Origin: Macrostomum lignano
Taxonomy: Eukaryota
Assembly: GCA_002269645.1 (NCBI GenBank)
Contig: NIVC01002880.1
Coordinates: 1-20,914 of the forward strand
Direction of reading: 5' to 3'
DNA: 20,914 nucleotides
Positions 10,342 to 18,544 of this stretch are shown here, piece after piece. Every line of letters starts with the position of its first letter. Position 1 is the first letter of the stretch. Below the pieces are notes generated by a model, which ran no database searches, had not been told where the DNA came from, and was given only the letters and a program-made list of their open reading frames with translations. The position numbers and the translations under genes are program-made.

Positions 10342-10854
10342 ATGGATGCAATTCAACTACTTAATCTCGCCAGAAAATTTTTGCCTTACCAAAAATTTCT
10401 CATAGTTACTTTACATTTGCGCTATAAAAATTCTCTGCCCTTGAATGTAAAAAGAAAATTTAGATCATCAATTTCCTTTGAAAACAAGTTTGTTTTTGTC
10501 CTACTTCAGCACAATGGCTCATTTGGTCACTGGGTGGTGTGCTATGTTGGGCAAGGAAATCGCATTGAGTTGTTCAACTCCCTCGGCTGGGAACCTGAAA
10601 TTTTATCTTTGGTTTATAATTTGTTTCGAGAGATTAAAACAACTGGCTTTTGGCTCCGAAGCAATATAAACAGAGTTCAATGTGCTAACTCTAATAAATG
10701 CGGAATGTTTTGCATCTATTTTGCTTATCAAAAGTTTCTGTTCAATCGGTCATTTGAGGGGATTTTGAAGCATTTGCATGCTAATGAGAAAAATCATTTG
10801 AATGATAGAATCTTACAGAGGTTTGAAGCCAACTTAAGAAAAAGATGTCCGTGA
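10342..10854 (+). CDS. Adenain-like (Ulp1/C5 clan) maturation cysteine protease
   Basis: GHWV (His), IELFNSLG (acidic position is Asn), NRVQ (oxyanion Gln) and KCGMFCIYF (Cys); 170 aa. Confidence 0.9.
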   Translation: MDAIQLLNLARKFLPYQKFLIVTLHLRYKNSLPLNVKRKFRSSISFENKFVFVLLQHNGSFGHWVVCYVGQGNRIELFNSLGWEPEILSLVYNLFREIKTTGFWLRSNINRVQCANSNKCGMFCIYFAYQKFLFNRSFEGILKHLHANEKNHLNDRILQRFEANLRKRCP

Positions 10855-11524
10855 TTTCTAATATTTATGCATTAAACATGGGAGAAAAGCAAGTTTGCTA
10901 CGATATCCGCCTCAGGCAGGGAAGCTGCATGATTGTCTGCGGGCCCACCAATGCAGGAAAAACAACCTTTGTCGAACACCTGATCCAGTACAGAGACGTC
11001 ATGTTTGATGTGAAGCCTGGCAGAGTTCTGTGGTACTATGGGATCTCACAGGCAGGCCATGCAGAACTGAACAGCCTAGGTGTGCAGCTGCGCCAGGGAT
11101 TTCCCACCAACATCGAGGCAGCACTTAGGCCCAATGACCTGGTTGTTTTCGATGACTTAATAGAGGAAACTTCAAACTCTGCTTCAATGCGAAATTTTTT
11201 CACAGGAATCGCACATCACTTGCCGTGCTTTTTGGTGATGCTGACTCAGAATATATTTTTCAAGGGAAAAGAGTCGCGAACAATGAGCTTGAATGTAATG
11301 TACTTAGCTATCTTGAAAAACCCCGAGACCAGCTGCAGATTGCAGCACTGGGCAGGCAGTGCTTTACAGAGAAGCCCGGCTTTCTGCTGTCAGTGTTCAA
11401 GCACGTGACCGCGCAGGGCAGGGGAGCCTACCTGTTCCTAGACTTTCACCCATCAACTCCCGATGAGCTGCGAGTGCGGGCCAGAATTCTGCCCAACCAG
11501 CGACCCCATCTTGTATTTGCTTAA
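10845..11524 (+). CDS. A32/FtsK-HerA-like genome packaging ATPase; one -1 frameshift at C4 11321-11324
   Basis: Walker A GPTNAGKT, Walker B LVVFDD and HHLPCFLVMLTQN. Adding one C restores ILKNPRDQLQIAALGRQCF...GAYLFLDFHPSTPDELRVR. Repaired length is 226 aa. Confidence 0.93.
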
Positions 11525-11565
11525 GAAAGTGAAGCTTGTTTTTATCAGCTATTGTTTTCATCGCA

Positions 11566-11904
11566 ATGGAAGTGCTTGATTCATATGCAAGTCTTTTTGC
11601 GGTTCTTGCGTCACCTAAATATACCGTGCGCTTCAAGCGGCTGTTGATAAAAAATTGTCCAAAAGAAGTGCGTTATTTTCTTGTCGAGGCCTGCCATAAT
11701 CTCTTACAAAACAATCTATCGTTTTCGCTCGATGAAAAAGCTGTTCTTGCAAAGTCAAAAGAGATAATTCGAAAAATTACTCACAAAAGAAGAAAGACAG
11801 ACTTGTTGAAGGCTGGCTTCATCAAAATACTCCCGATTCTGCTTAAGCTGGTAAAGAAGAAGAAGCAAAATGAACAAATTTTCAGAAATGGTTCTGATTC
11901 CTAA
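11566..11904 (+). CDS. Conserved Polinton/adintovirus small basic protein (resembles the 'cupiennin-like' ORF; putative membrane-active virion protein)
   Basis: Pattern RLLIKNC..EVRYFLVEACHNLLQNNL.....EK..L.K.K..IRKI...RRK..LLKAGFIKILPILL; position after the ATPase; first ATG at 11566. Confidence 0.6.
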   Translation: MEVLDSYASLFAVLASPKYTVRFKRLLIKNCPKEVRYFLVEACHNLLQNNLSFSLDEKAVLAKSKEIIRKITHKRRKTDLLKAGFIKILPILLKLVKKKKQNEQIFRNGSDS

Positions 11905-12490
11905 AGCAGAGTATGAGATGTTGATGCAGAATTTGAAGCCAAATGAGACTACCACTGAAGCTGACTTGAAGCAGGCTCAGAAGAAATGCGATGACATCTT
12001 GTATGCCGAGGATTGTCCAGAAGATGTGAAAACCGCCATGTACCAAAGTGCAATGCAAAGTTTGCTGGCCAAGCGCAAGCACGCTGGAAAAGAAGGAGCA
12101 CGCAATACTGAAGCCAAGTTGATGAAAACAGAGACACCCCAGATAAGCACCTGGGAAGAGAAGATCAGCAAGTCGGTGCCACAGAAATTCAAAACCAGGG
12201 CTCGCAGTCTGTGGACGATCCTGTCCACCAATCCAGAGCTGATTCGAGTTTGTGAAAACGGGGAGGTGGAAATCGCAGGCACGTCAATCCCTTCCTCAAA
12301 CATACTGGACTTGATTCAGCACACAGTGAGGGATTCGCCATGTGAGCGTGAACCAGTTGGGTGGAACGAGTTCATCGATTTTCTGCAGCAGAAAAAGCTT
12401 AATGTTCCGCTTTCCGCTGTTGGTAAATCAGTTAAGAAGAAAATGGCAACCAGCAGAGGGGTGAACTGGAGAAAGAACAGGAGAGTCTAG
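11870..12490 (+). CDS. Conserved Polinton/adintovirus protein (resembles the 'GasderminX' ORF), function unknown; start may be ATG 11888
   Basis: MVLIP start, DILYAEDCPEDVKTAMYQ, SVPQKFKTRARSL, GEVEIAGTSIPSSNILDLI and PVGWNEF..FL....NVP match the recalled family pattern; syntenic after the cupiennin-like ORF. Confidence 0.6.
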   Translation: MNKFSEMVLIPKAEYEMLMQNLKPNETTTEADLKQAQKKCDDILYAEDCPEDVKTAMYQSAMQSLLAKRKHAGKEGARNTEAKLMKTETPQISTWEEKISKSVPQKFKTRARSLWTILSTNPELIRVCENGEVEIAGTSIPSSNILDLIQHTVRDSPCEREPVGWNEFIDFLQQKKLNVPLSAVGKSVKKKMATSRGVNWRKNRRV

Positions 12491-12540
12491 TCAAGGGGTA
12501 CGGGAGCAACACAGCCTGGCTGAAATTGCCTGCCAGAAAA

Positions 12541-12549
12541 GTATATAAG
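12541..12549 (+). promoter_or_regulatory. Putative TATA box of the nuclease-like/TBP-like unit
   Basis: GTATATAAG, identical to 5551-5559, about 40 nt upstream of ATG 12591 in the intergenic gap. Confidence 0.55.
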
Positions 12550-12590
12550 AAGGTGGACTGACTCCGAAATTTTCGAAGGAAAGCTGCATC

Positions 12591-13442
12591 ATGAACTACA
12601 TTGACTTCCAAGGATTCCCGTGCAACAGCACAAGCAAAAAATTTGTTGTGAAGGAGTTGGCAGTTGTTCAAATCAGAGCGGGGAGCTACCACATTGCTCA
12701 CCATGTGTACGCACCTCCGTATCCATGGGAGAGAGTCTCACCTGACATGCGAGTTTACTACAGACAGCTATCTAAGAGTCTGCACCAGTTTAAGTGGAAT
12801 GATGGAACCCGTCCGTACATGGAACTGGCGGAAGACATTCTGAGCATTGCCAGTGGTCCGATCTGGTCAAATGGGGAAAGGAAGTCGATTTTTCTGACTG
12901 AGCTGCTTGGAAGACAGGTTTATAACCTAGAAGATTTGGGAGCACCCTCGACTGAAGATTCAGATACTGGCTGTGCAGTGAGAAATTCGTTGCTGCACTA
13001 CAGTTGGCTTAAGCCAAAGTTCTGCATCAACTTAAGAAGCGAGCAGTGTCCGTGGCACACGAGCAGTAAAGTTGGCAGAAGCAGATTTGGTGAAGAAGTT
13101 GACGATCGAAATGAGCCCACCAGCTACAGCCCTAAGAGTGACCAATCTGGTTGGCGGAGTAGATCTGAGACTGGATGGTGGCAGGGGCGCTCAGCTGCCT
13201 CTACGGGAACTGGCTCTCAGCATGGCTCATGTGATCTACCGGCCCGTCTGGCCCCGGGTGCTCATCAAGCGGATGCGGATTCCCAGAGTGACTCTCCTAC
13301 TCTACCCTACTGGGCAACTGAGCATCTGCGGTGCCAAGACCCACGCAGACGCCAAAAGGGCTGCCCGTCGCTTCGTGGCTATGCTGCATCGGAGAGTGCC
13401 GGCTCAACTGCTGCCTCATCAAACAATTTGTGTTCGAATTAA
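12591..13442 (+). CDS. DEDD-fold / Maelstrom-like nuclease-related Polinton protein; recognisable part is about aa 1-160, and the tail overlaps the TBP-like gene out of frame
   Basis: IDFQGF...FVVKELAV...YAPPYPW...LHQFKWNDG..PY...SNGERKSIFL..LLG..VYNLEDLGAP...CAVRN pattern seen in Polinton accessory genes. Confidence 0.6.
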   Translation: MNYIDFQGFPCNSTSKKFVVKELAVVQIRAGSYHIAHHVYAPPYPWERVSPDMRVYYRQLSKSLHQFKWNDGTRPYMELAEDILSIASGPIWSNGERKSIFLTELLGRQVYNLEDLGAPSTEDSDTGCAVRNSLLHYSWLKPKFCINLRSEQCPWHTSSKVGRSRFGEEVDDRNEPTSYSPKSDQSGWRSRSETGWWQGRSAASTGTGSQHGSCDLPARLAPGAHQADADSQSDSPTLPYWATEHLRCQDPRRRQKGCPSLRGYAASESAGSTAASSNNLCSN

Positions 13443-13683
13443 AACTATTACTGCTCATGGACAGCTCCCAGTTCATTCCGCACTTTCCTTATTAATGTTA
13501 AAATCAATTATCCCAAACGCCGAATATGAACCAGAATCCTTTTCTGCTTTAATTTTCAATTTAAACTTTTGTAAATGTCTGCTTTTTCACAGCGGCTCTT
13601 TTGTTCTCAGTGGAGCTCGGTCCTTGAATCAGTTGCATACCGATAGCATGCGTCTACTCAATGTAGTTCTTTCCATTGAATAA
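13111..13683 (+). CDS. TATA-binding protein (TBP) core-domain homolog, 190 aa from ATG 13111 (frame is open from 13036)
   Basis: Both TBP repeats align by eye: LRVTNLVGGVDL...LPLRELAL...IYRPVWPRVLIKRMRIPRVTLLLYPTGQLSICGAKTHADAKRAARRF and VRIKTITAHGQL...AEYEPESFSALIFNL...KCLLFHSGSFVLSGARS. TBP comparison: LQNIVSTVNL...LDLKTIAL...[47 protein letters not shown] / IQNMVGSCDV...SYEPELFPGLIYRM...LLIFVSGKVVLTGAK. Confidence 0.9.
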   Translation: MSPPATALRVTNLVGGVDLRLDGGRGAQLPLRELALSMAHVIYRPVWPRVLIKRMRIPRVTLLLYPTGQLSICGAKTHADAKRAARRFVAMLHRRVPAQLLPHQTICVRIKTITAHGQLPVHSALSLLMLKSIIPNAEYEPESFSALIFNLNFCKCLLFHSGSFVLSGARSLNQLHTDSMRLLNVVLSIE

Positions 13684-13684
13684 A

Positions 13685-13745
13685 AATAAAGTCAAGTCAA
13701 GCAATTTGCCGCAAATATTTCAATGATTAGTGAAAAGTGAATAAA
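13685..13745 (+). terminator. Putative polyadenylation signals ending the plus-strand cassette
   Basis: AATAAA at 13685-13690, immediately after the TBP-like stop, and again at 13740-13745. Confidence 0.55.
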
Positions 13746-14265
13746 AGGATAAACTTGGTATTCTTTACATTCATTTTCCCAGGCAGACAGCTATGGAACA
13801 CTTCAAAAACGTATTTAGCCCATCACCAAAAGTATCGCAAAACGCATATCAAATCCGAAAGTAAACAATACTACCATCGTTATAACAAACGATGTGCACC
13901 GAGAGAAGAGAAATAGAAAAGTGATAGAGAAAATATGATTAAAACGCTGATTGAATTTACAGGAACAATTTGTGTCAGATAAAAACCAAAAACACATTTT
14001 AAACAAGTAGTACACAAAGCAAACAAAAATGAATTAATATTGTATGAGCGCACTTGCCACACAGCTTTATAAAAAGTAAAACTTAAATTGATATCAATAT
14101 TTCACGCCGCAAAAACAAATTGACAGCTAAATCTAGCGCAATTAGCCAAGCATACAAATTTGTAAAAGTTACTACATGCAAGTCACTACATTTAAAACAG
14201 AATTTGGCAATTTAAACAACTCTAAAAGCAAGAAAAAGTACTAAACAGTCTGTTAAACACCCGCA

Positions 14266-17200
14266 CTAGACCAGTCGGATGCGCTTCAGCTGATCGTGGG
14301 ATGCGGGCGTCAGCGCATAGTGTCCGTAGGGCAGGCTTCGATTACTGCTAAGCCACACTCGCTTATCCTCCCACACCGATAGGCTTCTTTTCTCCATGAC
14401 CGACGTGAAGATTTCGTGTTTCTTGGAAACAATCGCTGTCATGGCAACCATCTGCTCTTGCTTGGACTCGAACGCGTCGACATAGTTCGCATGCGAAATT
14501 TGCTGTCTTACTACTGACTGCTTCACGCCTTTGGCAGTTTTCTTGATCTTTGCACTCGAATTCTCGGCAGGGAGAAACGAATAAAGTTTTGGACGCAAAA
14601 GAATCCACTCCTGGTAAATTCCACCAGCAGATTCATCTTTAACGCAGCCCAGCTTTCCTTTTAACTCTTCAGAGAAATGCGGATGGTCTCGAGAATAGTT
14701 GGATGTGTCAAGTATTTTTTCCTCTCTAAGCTTCGGGATTACCTCCGATGTTAAATCATGATTCTTGAAAGCTAGAAAAAATGAGTCAGTATCACCTCCG
14801 CAAAGCATCATGTCTCTGGAACCGTCTGAATGACAGAACAGCGGTCGGAGCCTGTCATATAGTAGGCTGTACATGGCCATCTTAGAGAGATCGAGAACTG
14901 CCTGGCCAACGAAAATGGCCTTGTCAAGCGTGACTTTATCTTTTTTGAGCTGAAAAATGCTCAACGACTCATTGATAATCGAGAATGCGGCACAGTTTGG
15001 TCGAGAGGCGCAAGTTTCTGCTTGAGTCTGGTTAGTGCAAATTCGAACATCGCATCTTTTTCGAACGTTCTCCATAGTTTTTCCAAAGAGAGAATTGTTT
15101 TTCAATTTGTAAAAATCCTTAGCAAACTCGGAAGTTGCCAAAGCTCTTTTTTCATTGTTGCTGGCAATGTACGGCGCGAAAATATTTTCCTGCTTGAACG
15201 AAATCATTTTTTTGACGCACTTGATCCGCATTCCGTGTTGCAGGTAAAATCTTAAAACGGTGCTGTGAACTACGTAAGAATCCTTGTCGGTACAGGTGAG
15301 TAGAAGCTTCTCCGTTGCTTGAAACTTAGCTTCAGCATTGCCAGTTCGCTGTTCAGCAATCTCTTTCCATAGTTCGGCCATGTACGGCGAGAATTGATCT
15401 GGCTGTGGTTTTGATTTTTCAGGTGCAAACGGTAACTCCTGAGTCGAATCGTGAATCTCAGCTGGGTATTCTAGATCGAGTTGAACAAGGTAGGCGATCT
15501 CGGCTTCTGGATTGAGTGACAGAAACCGATTGGAGTCCCAGAACTGGATTTCCTGTTCCGGTACCCACCTGAATTCCCTGCATGGAAGCGGAAGCGACAG
15601 GGCAAAGCCATACAAGTTGTTCATATCGATCGGCATGAGGCTTACACTCTCTTGCTGATCATCATAACCTGGCAAGCTAGGATTATTACCTTTGACGCAA
15701 TGCACATTAATGAAGGACATGCCTCCTCGTATTCCCTTCTCAAACAGATGATACATGTCAGCATCAGTCAGCTGCTCTAGAACCACTCCAGTCGACTTTA
15801 GAGCTGAGTCGTAAGACAAACCAGGAGTAGTAAAGTAGTGTACCGGATCCAATCCGTCCTCTTTCAGACTGGCCTGTCGGAATGTCTCGAAAATGTCAGC
15901 CAGCTGCCTTACATCCATTTCAAGATAGGCGAGCATATAATCCTTCAAACTTTTGCATTGAAATGCCGCCCATGCCGCTCTTGCTCTATTGTAGTCGTCG
16001 TCGGAAATTCCCCTATCGGAAAGTCGATTAAAAAAAGCATCTTTAGGCGGCAAAACCGACTGCTCGAGAATCTCAAATCCTGTGAGGTAATCATATGGGA
16101 AAATCCCTTTTTTTCGAAGTAGCTCTCTTGAAAGATGTGGTCTTGACTCAAGCATTTGCATTGTCAGCTTGCATTCAGCTTCGGGAAGATTAGCAAACAA
16201 ATTGGACAAACTTCCCTTCAAAAAGCAGAGCGAGTCGATGAACTGAATTGTAAACATGATTGGCACAACTTTTCCGTTCTTTACGTAACTTGCAACAGGG
16301 AATTCCGCCCTTAGTGACAAGTATCGCTCGGATGATTGCGGAACAACACTAAGTTTCCAATTTTTCATGCTCCCAAGCGCAGTGGAAAGTAGAAGATGAA
16401 GGTCGTAGCCGCCTAAGTTGTGAAAAACCAGGGGCAGAAACCGGCGTCGGAGCTGTGCTCGCAGGTTGCATTCTTGACATGCTGCACCTTTGTACTGTCC
16501 ATTTAAATGATCGTGGTCAAAATGTTTATCTGTAGAACTTTTAAAGTTCTTCTTGCAGTAGTGACATACCTCAGCAGAATTGAAATCATCCATGACGGTC
16601 GCGGATGATCGGTCAGCCGGCTGGTGGCTATGCTTCTGGTTCCAGTGAAATATATCCTGAGCCAGGCTTTCAAGAGATTTGAGAAAACCAAGGATACACT
16701 CATCAGGGTCCGCATTGCAAAAGACCTTGTACATGTCTCCTTCTGGCCTAAGCGGAGGTCCTGTCATGCCTTCACGAGGCACTGCAAGAAAAGCTGCTGC
16801 ACATGGTTCATGCTTTGAGATCAGGTTAGCAGGGTCTGTGTTCGCTCGCAAAATGGCTTCCAGGTCGGCATAGGCAACGAATGGTGGACTGACAGTGTTT
16901 TGACAGTTTCGGAACTTTATTTCATTCTGTCCTGGAACTGGAAGCGTTTCTTTGACAGGATTTTCTGCAGTAATGCTGCATTCGTTCCTGTGCTCTTGAA
17001 GCCTCTCGTTGCTATAAAATGATGTTAAACATTTCGTGCACCACTTCCTCATGGCGGGACCATTACGACTGTTCATTAACCTGTCAAAATTAGTAATTGC
17101 ACACCAGTGCTCCGATCCGTAGCTGTCTTTAACTAGCAAAAGCATGAGGTGTCTTCGGTCATCTGACTCATGCTTGCGGCGACGGAGAAGAGTCACACTG

Positions 17201-17915
17201 CCCTGCTGCCAAGAGAACGCAGAAATGCAAATTCCTGGATTGTTAGACTCGACGCGATCGATATCAGCGACACTCACTGGCATGGAGATTTCTGCAAAGT
17301 CCAGCTCACGCAACCATTCATCGTAAGAGGATATTCTGTTGGGCGATTTCTGAACTTTCGGATCGGCGCTGTGCAGTGCAGCGAGACAGGCGTACAGGAA
17401 ACAGTCTTTGCCTGTGCTCGGTGGATTGATAACAGCCTTTTTGTTCTTCAAACTGGCAGGAAGATTGAATCTAACGGCTCTGCCCTGGCGAAATCGAATT
17501 GGATTGTACCTGGCAAGGTTGATGTCTAGAAAATTAATTTGTTTAATTGTCCAGCCACTGCCGTTCGTATTAATCATACTACAGATCCTCTCCAACTCCT
17601 GCTCCTGCTCAATCAACCAGTTGTTTAAACGGCCTGCTTCACCACCTAGGTCTAGGGCCTGCATTTTACAGCTTATCCATCTGTCCTCTTCGGCAAGCAT
17701 CTCCCCATCTCTTATTCGGACCATTCGAATATTCGCCTTTAGCTGAACTTTGTAATGATGTCTTGAAATTCTTTGCTGAACTGCCTCAATAATTTTGTCT
17801 CCAGCTTGGACAAAAAATTCTGACGGAAGCGTGTCTGGGTGACTCGATCTGAGCCTCAGTATTTCCAGTGATTGATCATAGGCTTGGGCAACTCTGCTGA
17901 AGCTGACTGTTGAAC
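14266..17915 (-). CDS. polB: Protein-primed family B DNA polymerase (pPolB), main exon; ORF track calls 14266-17724 but the frame is open to 17928
   Basis: ExoI YADLE, zinc-finger/endonuclease VII-like CHYC...HFDHDHLNGQYKGAACQECNL, ExoII FHNLGGYDLH, KGIFPYDY, motif A IDMNNLYGFAL, motif B KLKNNSLFGK, motif C GDTDS, LRPKLYS and KTAKGV. No internal stops over more than 1150 aa. Confidence 0.97.
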
Positions 17916-17956
17916 CTGGTTTGTGGTTTTAGGATAATATTTTTGTTTTTTGCTGC

Positions 17957-18147
17957 CTATAGTTTCAAATATCAAAGATACTAAACTAAACGTCTGTACC
18001 CAAGCATACATGTACAACCCTACCGGTATAAAGTCTTTTATCTCCCCTTCTCCCATTCTTTGGACTAAAATTTTAGACTGCATAATATACATCGCATTGA
18101 TAAGAAAATTTTTAAGTAAGTTGAAAAGGATAAATAAAGGCACTTAC
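17957..18147 (-). other. Predicted spliceosomal intron in polB (alternative acceptor would give 17916-18147)
   Basis: Donor AAG|GTAAGTG at 18148/18147; AT-rich body; acceptor TTTGATATTTGAAACTATAG|G at 17957/17956 or AACCAG|GT at 17916/17915; both are phase-1 compatible. Confidence 0.65.
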
Positions 18148-18544
18148 CTTGGTGTGCATCAGTCACCGACTCGCTGTTGGCTGCTGACTCGCTGCTGGCT
18201 GCTGACTCGCTGCTGGCTGCTGACTCGCTGCTGGCTGCTGACTCGCTGCTGGCTGCTGACTCGCTGCTGGCTGCTGACTCGCTGCTGGCTGCCGACTCGC
18301 TGCTGGCTGCCGACTCGCTGCTGGCTGCCGACTCGCTGCTGGCTGCTGACTCGCTGCTGACGTCATGGTCCACCCAAGGGTGGTCATACTCGATCCACGA
18401 GTGGTCATCCTCCATCCACGAGTGGCCATTCTCCATCCATGAGTGGTCATTCTCCATCCATGAGTGGTCATTCTCCATCCATGAGTGGTCATTCTCCATC
18501 CATGAGTGGTCATTCTCCTGCTCCATCCAGGAGTGCTCAACCAT
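18148..18544 (-). CDS. Predicted first exon of polB, encoding (DHSWMEN)n and (SSESAA)n repeats
   Basis: ATG at 18544; the ORF runs into a consensus splice donor in the phase needed to join the polB frame. Confidence 0.55.
18170..18361. repeat. 18-bp tandem repeat, about 10 copies
   Basis: Unit CTCGCTGCTGGCTGC(T/C)GA. Confidence 0.95.
18362..18540. repeat. 21-bp tandem repeat, about 8 copies
   Basis: Unit CATGAGTGGTCATTCTCCATC with degenerate edge copies. Confidence 0.93.

Larger units (their letters stand above)
4838..18544. mobile_element. Polinton/Maverick (adintovirus-like) endogenous dsDNA virus; right boundary not resolved and may extend beyond the window
   Basis: Full hallmark set clustered in ~13 kb: pPolB, rve integrase, DJR major capsid, penton, adenain-like protease, packaging ATPase. 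GC content is higher than in the flanks. The left limit is a tentative AGTAGTAG at 4838; the right limit given is the polB start codon. Confidence 0.95.

Noticed and set aside
5735-11324. Programmed -1 ribosomal frameshifting at the three gene breaks
   Set aside because: None has a canonical X XXY YYZ heptamer in frame (C AAT TTT; G AAA AGC; G AAA AAC / C CCC GAG). MCP and ATPase need the full-length product stoichiometrically. Homopolymer deletion is simpler, though recoding is not formally excluded.
5831-17746. Numerous antisense or alternative-frame ORFs of 60-220 aa overlapping the viral genes
   Set aside because: No recognisable motifs; expected shadows of GC-richer coding sequence.
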